Virus record (IMG/VR): IMGVR_UViG_3300035516_000805
Reading direction: 5' to 3' (one strand)
DNA: 64,000 nt
Origin: a virus
Lineage: Duplodnaviria > Heunggongvirae > Uroviricota > Caudoviricetes
Both the position numbers and the translations under genes were made by a program. The notes beneath the pieces are model-generated. The model had not been told where the DNA came from and did no database searches. It saw nothing but the letters and a program-made list of their open reading frames with translations. Positions within the stretch are counted from its first letter, which is position 1; each line of letters starts with the position of its first letter. Positions 18,438 to 28,016 of this stretch are shown here, one piece after another.

Positions 18438-18457
18438 TTGTAGAGCATATATTAATA

Positions 18458-18492
18458 CTGACATTATTAGTAATACATTGTCATATTCAGAG
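18458..18492 (+). promoter_or_regulatory. class I promoter/operator
   Basis: ctgacattattagtaatacattgtcatattcagag. Confidence 0.55.
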
Positions 18493-18511
18493 TAAAAACA
18501 GGTGATAAAGT

Positions 18512-18868
18512 ATGGAAATAACATTATTCATGTTAAAGATTTGTTGTATACAATTAGGTATCTTATTAATAGCTATTATAGGATATAAATTTTTAACTCA
18601 CCTTGCTTTTCCGAGAGAGGGAAAAGCTCAAGGAATCTGTAAAGAAGTCCGTGTTGAATTAACTTCTGAGATAGATGATTATTTGTACCCTCATAGAGCA
18701 GATAGAAGGTCATACCGGGTCTATATCCAGTACGAATATAAAGGCGTACCGTATATGGCAAAGTCCTACCGGATGTATTCTGCAGCAAAATACTTTCCGG
18801 GGAATACCGTTATGGTCTGGGTAAATAAAAATAATAAAAATATTGTTGATATAATATCTAATTCTTAA
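18512..18868 (+). CDS. hypothetical membrane protein
   Basis: N-terminal TM helix; downstream of class I promoter 18458. Confidence 0.5.
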   Translation: MEITLFMLKICCIQLGILLIAIIGYKFLTHLAFPREGKAQGICKEVRVELTSEIDDYLYPHRADRRSYRVYIQYEYKGVPYMAKSYRMYSAAKYFPGNTVMVWVNKNNKNIVDIISNS

Positions 18869-18894
18869 CAATATATTTTTTTTATTTAAGATTG

Positions 18895-18925
18895 TTGACA
18901 TTAATAATAATACAATGTCATATTT
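18895..18925 (+). promoter_or_regulatory. class I promoter/operator
   Basis: ttgacattaataataatacaatgtcatattt. Confidence 0.6.
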
Positions 18926-18954
18926 ACAATAGAAAAAATCTGAGGTGAATAGAT

Positions 18955-19116
18955 ATGAAAAGTAATTATAAAGAAAAGAAAAAAGATAAGGCAGTAAAAC
19001 CATTGTATTATGACGATACCGAAGTATTTATTATCCAGTGCATCTGTGGAAATACAATGGACAGCAGAACTTTTAAAAAGCGATGTACTGCTTGTGGACA
19101 AAAACTAAAAGTATAG
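18955..19116 (+). CDS. small zinc-ribbon protein (53 aa)
   Basis: CxC...CxxC; RBS TGAGGTG; downstream of class I promoter 18895. Confidence 0.4.
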   Translation: MKSNYKEKKKDKAVKPLYYDDTEVFIIQCICGNTMDSRTFKKRCTACGQKLKV

Positions 19117-19200
19117 GAGAAAAGTATAAAAAACTTATTTTATCGTAGTTTCTTTAGAACTACTATCTAAACAACTTTAACAAAAATAGGAGGAAAGGAT

Positions 19201-20004
19201 ATGTTACAAATCGTAAACAATTTTGATGTTGCTGAAATAAAAAAGACTATAGCAGATTTCGTTCATACAGAATCATTTCACGGACTATGCGATAACTTTG
19301 ATAGTAATTCTGAAATATTTTCAATGGATAGTGATTATGAAAAAAAAGATGATATTTATATAAAAATGTCATTGTTAGTTTACACGGTTCTATGGGTAAT
19401 TTCTACTGTTTTTATTATATGGGAAATTTCTCCTATAGCAATACAATGGTATCCAACGACAAGAGTAGAAAAGGCTGCATTTATCGTTATTATGGGAGGT
19501 ATTACTGCAATTATTTTTCTTGTATTGTATTTATTTTTTAATTTTTTGCAAAATGAGAAATACACAAAGCAGCTTCGAGTATACACACTGGATAAATTAA
19601 GCAAAATAAAAGACAATAGTATTGCAATTAATGATTATCAAGAATTGGCAACATTAATAGATTTTCTTATCAAACATTGCAGTCGTAATATTTCCGAATA
19701 TTATCATTTGCTTGAACGTGTGAAAGGTAACTTACAGAATTATATTTGGATTACAAATATCATACAAAACAACATCATCACTGATACACAGGAACATATT
19801 CGAATTGTTGAAATACAGGAAGATATCAATAAACCTTTGCCTAATATTTATGTTACATACGAAAGAAGTAACGGTGACGTGGAAAAGCATTATATTCCGG
19901 GCTTAATTGATGAAGTTGTTGAAAATATGAATATTGAAACATCACACTTGATTTGTTCGAATGAAAAAGTTATATTAAAAGTGCCATATAAAAAAGAAAC
20001 TTAG
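19201..20004 (+). CDS. hypothetical membrane protein
   Basis: RBS AGGAGG; two long hydrophobic segments. Confidence 0.6.
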   Translation: MLQIVNNFDVAEIKKTIADFVHTESFHGLCDNFDSNSEIFSMDSDYEKKDDIYIKMSLLVYTVLWVISTVFIIWEISPIAIQWYPTTRVEKAAFIVIMGGITAIIFLVLYLFFNFLQNEKYTKQLRVYTLDKLSKIKDNSIAINDYQELATLIDFLIKHCSRNISEYYHLLERVKGNLQNYIWITNIIQNNIITDTQEHIRIVEIQEDINKPLPNIYVTYERSNGDVEKHYIPGLIDEVVENMNIETSHLICSNEKVILKVPYKKET

Positions 20005-20056
20005 ATAGTAGTTTCTTTTAGGACTTGTAATTAAATTTTGAAAGAAGGTTAGTAAT

Positions 20057-20251
20057 ATGAGCCAAAAAGAATTACAGCGATTATATGATTTACTTGAAAA
20101 AGTGACAGACGAAGATGAAAAAGCGGCATTAAAACATGCTATATTTATTATTGAAGGGCAACAACAGAAAGTAATACATAAAATATGGAAGTATATAGAA
20201 ATTAAAAGTCTTAGAGAAGCAAAGAAAGATGAAAAATCACTTTTTACATAG
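20057..20251 (+). CDS. hypothetical protein
   Basis: 64-aa ORF. Confidence 0.4.
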   Translation: MSQKELQRLYDLLEKVTDEDEKAALKHAIFIIEGQQQKVIHKIWKYIEIKSLREAKKDEKSLFT

Positions 20252-20266
20252 CGGGAGATTAGAAAA

Positions 20267-20686
20267 ATGAAAAAAGAAGAAATTATATTTTACGCAGAAA
20301 GAAAAGGCTTTTGTATATATGAAGTGCCAGAGGGAAGAAAGCTTTTTTATAAGATAAGGATACCGACGTTTACAGAGGGAAAAGTAACACCGACGGGGTA
20401 CAAAGATATGCTTGTAGGAAATATAAAAGAAGTAAAAAAGAAAACAGATGAAATATGGGAAAATGACGAGTTTAGACAGAAAGCAGCCGCATGGGTTAGG
20501 ACGTGGTAAAAAGGTTATAAAAGCGTCAAGAAATGGGTGCGACATAAGGTAAGACCGAAAGGCACGGAATGTAAACAGAGACATTACAAGCAGGCTGGTA
20601 ATAGTATACCCGTACCGATATTTGAGAGCTTGTTTAGAAAAATAATACTGAATGAAACGAAAGAAAGTGAGGCGCAGTATGAGTAA
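20267..20686 (+). pseudogene. remnant 3' fragment of a DNA (cytosine-5) methyltransferase, interrupted by an in-frame stop
   Basis: After an in-frame TAA at 20507 the frame continues to HYKQAGNSIPVPIFESLFRKII, which matches C5-MTase motif X (QxGNSV); no upstream catalytic motifs. Confidence 0.5.
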
Positions 20687-20789
20687 AAGCACATACCATA
20701 TAAAGGAAACAAAGGACAGCTACAGCTTTTCATATAGTGGAGATTTAAAAGAGGCTTTGGAAAAGGCACTTAAGGATGCAAAGGCAGGT

Positions 20790-20870
20790 CAGTTGGTAGT
20801 TCTCTGAGAGAACTACCAACACTACTGATAGTAGTTATAAAATAACTACTATCTAAGAAAGTGTAAACTC
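20790..20870 (+). repeat. hairpin-repeat cluster
   Basis: gttggtagttctctgagagaactaccaacactactgatagtagttataaaataactactatctaag. Confidence 0.7.
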
Positions 20871-20925
20871 CTAATATGGAGAGAAGTTGAAGACGAAAAT
20901 GATAGAAATTTTTTATCTAATCTTA

Positions 20926-20952
20926 TTGACATTAATAGTAATACAATGTCAA
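20926..20952 (+). promoter_or_regulatory. class I promoter/operator
   Basis: ttgacattaatagtaatacaatgtcaa. Confidence 0.55.
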
Positions 20953-20997
20953 AATTAAAATAGAAATTCACACACTAAAAGGGGGAACAATGGTATT

Positions 20998-21210
20998 ATG
21001 ACAACAACAGAAATTTTAAGTATAATTCATAAAGAACATGCAGAATTAGAAATATATGAAGCTTTACATACATGGTTGTTAAATGACAGGGTAGAATGGA
21101 TTAATAAAGCAATGGAAAATAAAGCTACTGTGAAAGCAATTAAAAAGTTAGCAAATAATTCTAATAATAAAAATGCAGCATTAGAAGGTATTACGAATTT
21201 GTGCAATTAA
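20998..21210 (+). CDS. hypothetical protein
   Basis: Downstream of class I promoter 20926; RBS GGGGGA. Confidence 0.45.
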   Translation: MTTTEILSIIHKEHAELEIYEALHTWLLNDRVEWINKAMENKATVKAIKKLANNSNNKNAALEGITNLCN

Positions 21211-21280
21211 TAACCCAAAAGCAAATAAAGAAGCTGAGTTATAAAATAATTAATGATAATACAAGAAAGGATAATGTTAT

Positions 21281-21442
21281 ATGAAAATGAAGCCAGAAGT
21301 AGAATTAGGAGAAATCAAATTACTTTGCCCGAAGTGCGGAGAAGAACTCACAACTCACGTATGTTCTAAATGTGGTTGTGAAATAGATATGAGTGAAATT
21401 ACCATAGATATTCAACCGGAAGAAATTTTAGGATATGAATAA
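21281..21442 (+). CDS. small zinc-ribbon protein (53 aa)
   Basis: CPKCG...CSKCGC. Confidence 0.35.
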   Translation: MKMKPEVELGEIKLLCPKCGEELTTHVCSKCGCEIDMSEITIDIQPEEILGYE

Positions 21443-21472
21443 ATGGTGAATTTTATATAAGAAGGTGGAAAT

Positions 21473-21802
21473 ATGGATTATAAAGAATTACTCAAATCAA
21501 AAGGATTTTCTTTAAATGAATATCCAGAAGGAAAATTTTGGGAACTTGTAGTAGAAAATGATGAACAGTTAAAAGAAAAACTTTGTAATATTTTTAATGC
21601 AGAGATTGATTTGTTTACCAATGGAACTGACATTGACACACTTATTTTACAATGTACAGAAGATTTTACTGGGTGTATATTCTATTATGATTGTAACCCA
21701 TTTGATATGGGTACAAAAGAATTTATGAATTGTATAACAAGAATACCAGAAGAAAAATGTCATATTATTAAAACAAATAATGAAGATATATTAATAAAGT
21801 GA
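21473..21802 (+). CDS. hypothetical protein
   Basis: RBS AGGTGG. Confidence 0.5.
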   Translation: MDYKELLKSKGFSLNEYPEGKFWELVVENDEQLKEKLCNIFNAEIDLFTNGTDIDTLILQCTEDFTGCIFYYDCNPFDMGTKEFMNCITRIPEEKCHIIKTNNEDILIK

Positions 21803-21922
21803 GGTAATATTCTTATGGGAGATTATGTAGCTGCTTATTGTAATCCTGATGAAAATTCATTTTCTGAAAACGAATCATATATAGAAGATGCAGGATATAC
21901 AATTAGATAGGAGGAAAAATAT

Positions 21923-22162
21923 ATGGACACACCAACACTTGATAAAATGTTAGAGATTAAGGAACAATCACAGCTTTGTGGTGAGTTTTTAGAGTGGCTG
22001 CAAAGTAAATATGCAATGTTTAAACTAAAAACTCCAAGTACTGACCTATATTATGGAACAGGCGATTATATTAATACAGAAAAATTATTAGCTGAATTTT
22101 TCGGGATTGACTTAGAAGAAGCCGAAAAAGAAAGAGCTGCTTTGCTGAAAGAGGTGAAATGA
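21923..22162 (+). CDS. hypothetical protein
   Basis: RBS AGGAGG. Confidence 0.5.
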   Translation: MDTPTLDKMLEIKEQSQLCGEFLEWLQSKYAMFKLKTPSTDLYYGTGDYINTEKLLAEFFGIDLEEAEKERAALLKEVK

Positions 22163-22474
22163 ATGAAATATGTAACACAACTATCAGATGAAGAACTAAC
22201 CGAAATCTACAAAATGTTTATGGGTGAAGGTGCTGATTTTGTATCATTAGACATTACAAGATTTGATGACAGTATTTCACTTGACGGATACATTAAAATT
22301 CCAGATGACGAAGAAGAAGCTGAGAATGGAATGATTGAAGTAGAGGATAACTATGAAATCACTGATTATAATGTAAAAGTGTATTGTCATTCTGGTTACG
22401 TAACAAAGGAATTTCGAGAATTTATGTATAAAAAATTCGGTGATGAATATGCAAAGGATTATTTGTTTTTATAG
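22163..22474 (+). CDS. hypothetical acidic protein
   Basis: Start overlaps the stop of the previous ORF (translational coupling). Confidence 0.5.
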   Translation: MKYVTQLSDEELTEIYKMFMGEGADFVSLDITRFDDSISLDGYIKIPDDEEEAENGMIEVEDNYEITDYNVKVYCHSGYVTKEFREFMYKKFGDEYAKDYLFL

Positions 22475-22516
22475 ATTTATAATCATATGATGGATTAAAA
22501 GAAGAGGTTCATATAA

Positions 22517-22762
22517 ATGGAACAGTTGAAATGCTTAATACATTCTGACGAATTTGGTTCATATTCGGCAAAGGAAGTATTAAAACAAATTCAAAATAAA
22601 AATTTAGGAATAGAATTCCCTAACAAACCAATAGATGAAACTTGTCTACAAGATTTGATGTATAAAGGCAAACAGTGTTGCGACTCTATTTCTATTGGTA
22701 AAATATGGAACGAAAAACTTTGTACATATACAGAAAGAGAAATACTTTTGCGATTTGCATAA
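22517..22762 (+). CDS. hypothetical protein
   Basis: RBS AGAGG. Confidence 0.45.
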   Translation: MEQLKCLIHSDEFGSYSAKEVLKQIQNKNLGIEFPNKPIDETCLQDLMYKGKQCCDSISIGKIWNEKLCTYTEREILLRFA

Positions 22763-22807
22763 GATATGAAATCTAAGTTTTATGGTGAATCAGAAGGGAG
22801 AATTATT

Positions 22808-23029
22808 ATGGCAAAGAAAATAATATACACAGATGAATTTGGTAATAAAATTGATGTAAATACTATTGAAGGAATTCATAAAATATTCAATGATATTTTG
22901 TCTGTATGCGAAACGGAAAATTCTTGTATGTGCGTGAAAGAAAACGTGAAAGCTAGTATAAATAAGTGTTACAATACAAGAATTAAAGAATTAGAAACTG
23001 GCAAAGAACAAGATAAAAGTATTTGGTAA
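22808..23029 (+). CDS. hypothetical protein
   Basis: ATG after GAAGGGAG RBS; the track's alternative start is 22766. Confidence 0.45.
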   Translation: MAKKIIYTDEFGNKIDVNTIEGIHKIFNDILSVCETENSCMCVKENVKASINKCYNTRIKELETGKEQDKSIW

Positions 23030-23087
23030 ATATAGAATATAATTTTTTATGAAATTGACCGATTTTGTAATAACAATGTAATACACA

Positions 23088-23116
23088 GTATTGATAATGT
23101 TTATATTTGATGCTAT
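23088..23116 (+). promoter_or_regulatory. sigma-A-type promoter for TA operon
   Basis: TTGATG-N-TATAAT-like tttgatgctataattt. Confidence 0.45.
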
Positions 23117-23142
23117 AATTTAACCAAAAAGGAGTTGATTAT

Positions 23143-23436
23143 ATGGCAAATACAACTATTACAATGCGAATTGACGAAGATATAAAAATCCAATTGCAAG
23201 AGTTAACAACAAAATTAGGTATGGATGTTTCAACATACCTTTTAATGGCAGTAAAACAAGGAATAAGAGAGCAGGCATTACCATTTCATCCTAATTTAGG
23301 AGTAAATAGAAATTTAAAGAAGGAAGAAGCGTTTGAGTCTATGGAGGAAATAGTAAATAATAAAGTTATTTTAAATTCTAATATAGATTATGATGCGGAG
23401 TTAGCTTCTTATAGGGATGAAAAATATGGAAAATAA
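23143..23436 (+). CDS. RelB/DinJ-family antitoxin (ribbon-helix-helix)
   Basis: MRIDEDIKIQLQELTTKLGMDVSTYLLMAV is typical of DinJ/RelB; overlaps the downstream PIN gene. Confidence 0.65.
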   Translation: MANTTITMRIDEDIKIQLQELTTKLGMDVSTYLLMAVKQGIREQALPFHPNLGVNRNLKKEEAFESMEEIVNNKVILNSNIDYDAELASYRDEKYGK

Positions 23437-23848
23437 AATTTTAATAGATACAAATATTTTACTTGATTATTTTCTAAAACGAGAGCCATTCTATCAATAT
23501 GCAAAAAAAATAATTTCTTTATGTAAAAGTGATGAAATACAGGGGTGTATCGCTTCTCATTCCATTTCTAATATGTTTTTTATTTTGAGAAAAGAATATT
23601 CATCAAAAGAAAGAAGAATATTATTATTGGATTTGTGTTTGATTTTTACAGTTATTGATATTAATAAAAGTAAACTAATAAATAGTCTTAAAAATGAAGA
23701 TTTCACTGATTTTGAAGATTGTTTACAAATGGAATGTGCAAAAGAATTTGATGCAAAATATATTATAACAAGAAATATAGACGATTATAAAACTTCTGAG
23801 ATTCCGTCAATTACACCAAAAGAATATTTAGAAATTATAGAAAGATAA
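23417..23848 (+). CDS. PIN-domain (VapC-like) toxin
   Basis: ILIDTNILLDY N-terminal PIN motif; later acidic residues; start overlaps the antitoxin gene. Confidence 0.7.
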   Translation: MKNMENKILIDTNILLDYFLKREPFYQYAKKIISLCKSDEIQGCIASHSISNMFFILRKEYSSKERRILLLDLCLIFTVIDINKSKLINSLKNEDFTDFEDCLQMECAKEFDAKYIITRNIDDYKTSEIPSITPKEYLEIIER

Positions 23849-24123
23849 AATGATGTTAGCTAGTAGTCCTTTTAGGACTATTTAAACAATAGTTATTTAT
23901 AACTACTATCTAAGATATAAAGAAATTTTAAATAGTTTATCAAAAGAGCAGCTAATATATTTAATAATATAGGCAGTAGTTTTAAATTACTGTCTATTTT
24001 TTTATTTTCCATTTTACTATAAATTCTAAAGAATTTACGGTGTATAGAAGTTCTAAAAGAACTTCTATTAAACAAAACATTATTTATAATGTTTTAGGGA
24101 AATTCTATAAAAACAGAACTTCC

Positions 24124-24137
24124 ATTTTACATTATTT
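24124..24137 (+). promoter_or_regulatory. class II motif
   Basis: ccattttacattatttttatagaaataaat, upstream of gene 24169. Confidence 0.4.
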
Positions 24138-24168
24138 TTATAGAAATAAATAATAAAGGAGAACTTCT

Positions 24169-24828
24169 ATGGATAAGAAATATGAATTGACAGATGAAAC
24201 AATAAAAATTGATAGCGGTGAAGTATTACATAGAATTAAAGCTTTAAAAGACTTTGCAGACATTAAAGCAGGCGACATTGGAGGATTTGTAGAGTCAGAA
24301 GATAATTTATCCCAAGAAGGTAATTGTTGGATATATAATGAAGCTAAAGTATATAATAACGCTAGAATTTCAGATAATGCTTTAGTTTATGATAATGCTA
24401 AAATAACAGGTAATGCCATAATTTATGGCAATGCTAAAATTTATGAATATGCACATGTCTATGATAATGTTATAATATCCGGTAATGCCATAATTAGTGG
24501 CAATGCTAAAGTTTATGATAATGCTAAAGTTTCATATAATGCACAAGTCTATGGTAATGCTATAATTTCAAATGATGTTAAAATTTGGGGTAATGCAATT
24601 ATTTATGATAATGCCAGAATTTATGATTTAGCTAGAATTTATGATGATGCGAAAATTTTTGGTCACGCTAAAATTTATGGTAACACTAAAATTTTAGGCA
24701 AATCAAAAATTTGCAACAACACTGAAATTCATGGTAATTTCTTTATCTGTGATAATGTAAAGTTTGATGCTAATATGTCTGTCATTGAAAATTTTAATAA
24801 AGATGAACAAATAAATGAAGAACGATAA
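24169..24828 (+). CDS. hexapeptide-repeat (left-handed beta-helix) protein
   Basis: About 20 consecutive 6-residue repeats [YF]xNAx[IV] (18-bp DNA periodicity). Confidence 0.7.
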   Translation: MDKKYELTDETIKIDSGEVLHRIKALKDFADIKAGDIGGFVESEDNLSQEGNCWIYNEAKVYNNARISDNALVYDNAKITGNAIIYGNAKIYEYAHVYDNVIISGNAIISGNAKVYDNAKVSYNAQVYGNAIISNDVKIWGNAIIYDNARIYDLARIYDDAKIFGHAKIYGNTKILGKSKICNNTEIHGNFFICDNVKFDANMSVIENFNKDEQINEER

Positions 24829-24859
24829 AAATTTATAAAAAAATAAAGATATAAAAGAT

Positions 24860-24930
24860 GGAAGGTCAGTTAGTAGTCCTTTAGGACTACTAACACTACT
24901 AATGGTAGTTTTACCTTCCATCAAAGTTAA
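24860..24930 (+). repeat. long composite hairpin repeat
   Basis: tggaaggtcagttagtagtcctttaggactactaacactactaatggtagttttaccttccatc. Confidence 0.7.
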
Positions 24931-24970
24931 TATTACTACTACTTATATCTTTATTTTAACTTAAATTTAT

Positions 24971-25228
24971 TTAACTACGATTGTTATTACGTTGAAGTTT
25001 AAATTTTGCCATTGAAGAATCCGGGAAATCTCGTTCAATTTTTTCATTAATTGCAGTCCTAATAAATTTTCCTACCGGCATATTTGATAAATCTGCTGCC
25101 GGTTTTATCTTTTCATTATATTCTTCGTTTACAAAGGGAATTAATACCCTATGTGTATTTGTCTTTATATACTGCTTCGTCTTTTCATTCCATTCTTTCG
25201 TATATCTTCCTGTTCTTGAATCCGCCAT
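24971..25228 (-). CDS. hypothetical protein sharing its N-terminal motif with the + ORF at 26245
   Basis: N-terminus MADSRTGRYTKEWNEK is encoded by the left arm of an inverted repeat. Confidence 0.4.
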   Translation of the reverse strand: MADSRTGRYTKEWNEKTKQYIKTNTHRVLIPFVNEEYNEKIKPAADLSNMPVGKFIRTAINEKIERDFPDSSMAKFKLQRNNNRS

Positions 25229-25230
25229 AA
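25183..25230. repeat. left arm of ~33-bp inverted repeat (partner at 26317-26349 and its tandem copy)
   Basis: The reverse complement encodes SRTGRYTKEWNEK, as does the right arm; 3 mismatches over 33 nt. Confidence 0.7.
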
Positions 25231-25334
25231 TATTTTCTTCCTTTCTATATTTTTTTAATACTTATACATTCAAATTTTATCTTATTTACAGTATGTCTTT
25301 CATTATTAATAATGTCAAATAAAAATTTTTATGT

Positions 25335-25349
25335 TTTTTACATTATTTA
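25335..25349 (+). promoter_or_regulatory. class II motif
   Basis: ttttttacattatttatatataaaatgg. Confidence 0.35.
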
Positions 25350-25482
25350 TATATAAAATGGAAGTTCTTTAGAACTTTTTAAATAGTAGTTATAAAATAA
25401 TTACTCTGATAGTAGTTATAAAGGAACTACTGTCTAAGATGGAAGGTTCAGACTTGGCTTTTAAAGATGAAAGGAAGAAAAA

Positions 25483-26220
25483 ATGATTGATTTTGCTATA
25501 ATTATTCCCTGTTACAATGAAGAAGCTGCCATAGAAGACGTTTTGAAAAATCTTATTTATGTTATTACACATGAGTTTACTGATAATAGTGTAAAAATTT
25601 TTGTATATGATAATAATTCTACTGATAATAGTGCAAAAATTGTAACAGACTTTATTGCTCAAAATTCATATGAAAATTTATCTGTAGAGTTAAGACATAC
25701 ATATAAACAGGGAAAGGGTTACGTTATCCGGCAGGCTTTTAAGGAAATTAATGCCAGATGCTATTGTATGATTGACGGTGATGATACTTACAGTGTAAGT
25801 AAACTTAAAACTATGTATGACCTTATAATCAATAAAAAAACTGATATGGTTATAGGTGACAGACTTTCTACAAGTTATTTTACTGAAAATAAGAGAATAT
25901 TTCACAATTTTGGAAATAAACTGGTAAAAAATATGATAAACAATATGTTTAATACATCATATAATGATATACTGTCAGGTTTTAGAACATTTTCATATAA
26001 TTTTGTAAAAACTTTTCCAGTTACTTCCAATGGTTTTACACTTGAAACAGAGATGAATATTTACGCAGCAAGTCATAACATGTCTGTTTTAGATATACCA
26101 GTGGATTATAAAGACCGTAAAAATGGCAGTAAATCCAAAGTGAAAACAATTCCTGATGGTATCCGTATTATTTTTAAAATTTTAGATATGTTCAGACTAT
26201 ATAATCTTCCAACTAACTAA
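25483..26220 (+). CDS. family-2 glycosyltransferase (GtrB/CsbB/DPM1-like)
   Basis: IIIPCYNEE...VYDNNSTDNS...MIDGDD are signature GT2 motifs. Confidence 0.8.
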   Translation: MIDFAIIIPCYNEEAAIEDVLKNLIYVITHEFTDNSVKIFVYDNNSTDNSAKIVTDFIAQNSYENLSVELRHTYKQGKGYVIRQAFKEINARCYCMIDGDDTYSVSKLKTMYDLIINKKTDMVIGDRLSTSYFTENKRIFHNFGNKLVKNMINNMFNTSYNDILSGFRTFSYNFVKTFPVTSNGFTLETEMNIYAASHNMSVLDIPVDYKDRKNGSKSKVKTIPDGIRIIFKILDMFRLYNLPTN

Positions 26221-26244
26221 GTCTAAAGAAAGGAACAACTTATT

Positions 26245-26346
26245 ATGCTTTATCAGAAGATATATTCAAAAACAGGTAGATATACAAAAGAATGTATGCT
26301 TTATCAGAAGATATATTCAAAAACAGGTAGATATACAAAAGAATGG
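26245..26346 (+). repeat. 51-bp perfect tandem duplication at the 5' end of the membrane-protein gene
   Basis: atgctttatcagaagatatattcaaaaacaggtagatatacaaaagaatgt x2. Confidence 0.85.
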
Positions 26347-27228
26347 AACGAAAAAGAGAATACTTCAACAGCTATATGCTGGCGTATAACAATATGGTCA
26401 ATTTTTATAATCACCCTTTTATATTTATCATTTCAATTTAACGATACAGATTTATACTATATTATTCCAACAGGACGTTATATTTTACAAAATGGAATCC
26501 CTTATGAAAATCCATTTATAACAACAGCCGGACAAAATATTGTTATTCAAAATTGGCTGTATTGTGTAATTGTAGCATTTATTTATAATCATTTACACAG
26601 TGTAGGTTTGTGGCTATTACAATTAATAATTATAACTGCAATGGTAACTATAATCTTTAAATTCTTTGATTTTAAACATTCAGAGAATAAACTTATGGTT
26701 ATTATTTTTTCACTTATTATTATAAAATTATTTAGTTATATAAATTTAAGACCTGAAATACTTACTTTTATTTTAATTATATTAGAAATTCTAGGTTTGG
26801 AAAAATATATTACTACTGAGAAAGCATACTGGCTGTGTTTATTACCACTAACTACATTACTTGAGATTAACTGTCACGCAAGCTATTGGATAATGCATTT
26901 TATTGTAATTTTACCTTATTGTGTTCCAACTTTACCTGCAATTTCACGCAGTAAAAATACTTATATTAAAAACATAAAAAAATTAATCCTGCCAGTTTTT
27001 TCAATGATAGTAACATTATTTATTAATCCGTATAAAGTTAAAGCAATTCGGTATGTTTTTGATGCATTAAAATCCGGAATAATAAAATATAATGAAATTT
27101 GGGAACAACAGCCATTTACAATGTCAGATATATATACATATATATATATGTATATTAATTATTTTTATTATTATGTGGTATCAAAAGAAGTTGACTTCAA
27201 CAGAAACTTATATGTTTATTGGGTTTAA
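26245..27228 (+). pseudogene. polytopic membrane protein, 5' part (GtrC/YfhO-like candidate); frame breaks at a (TA)n tract
   Basis: Multiple TM segments; N-terminus carries a 51-bp tandem duplication; frame continues in the overlapping ORF 27092-27910. Confidence 0.5.
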
Positions 27229-27910
27229 TACATTATTTGTATTTGCTATAAAATGGACAGCTTTTTATGTAATTGCAGTAATGTTTTTATTTAGAGCAAT
27301 TCACAGACAGGTTAAGGAGAAAAATAAAATTGAAAACATTAAAGCTTCTAAAATTAATATTTATCTGCTTTTGATATCCTATACAGTAACATTTTTAGGC
27401 TATATGCTTACAGAAAATTCGTTTAAATGTTTTGATTTTACGGATACATATATGAATACATGTCTAAATAAAAAGAGTCTGCAGCCACTTAATGATATTG
27501 CTGATTATCTTGATGAGAATGACCCTGATGCATCAATATTTGCAATTTTTGAACAGTCAAACTATTTTGAATTTAGAGGCTATAAAGTTTATAGTGATGC
27601 AAGACCGGAACTTTATACAAAAGAAATTGCCGGTTCAGATGATATATCCGTAAATGTTTTGTGTATACAAAAAGGTTATAATGTCTTTTTATATAAAGAA
27701 AATACTGGTATATTTTCATCTTCAGATGAAAATAATTTAGTTAATTCTCTTATAGATTTAAAAACTTATAAAGCTGTAATTGACAGTATTAACACAGATT
27801 ATTTTGTAGTTAATAAGTTTAATACGGCATTTTGGTATTATTTAGAAACATCAGATGATTATACTTTCATTATGGATTCCGGACAATTTGCATTATATTT
27901 AAGGCAGTAG
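27092..27910 (+). pseudogene. polytopic membrane protein, 3' part (same gene as 26245-27228 after a frameshift)
   Basis: The frames overlap around atatatatacatatatatatatgtatat (about 27126-27158); TM helices continue. Confidence 0.5.
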
Positions 27911-27936
27911 TATAAGTACTACTGCCTGTTTATTTA
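27903..27936 (+). terminator. intrinsic terminator
   Basis: ggcagtagta-taag-tactactgcc hairpin followed by tgtttattta. Confidence 0.6.
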
Positions 27937-28016
27937 TAAAATATATCTATTAACTAATGATTTTATACAAATCTATGCTATACTTATAAAAAAAAGAAAA
28001 GAGGTTTTTATAATTA

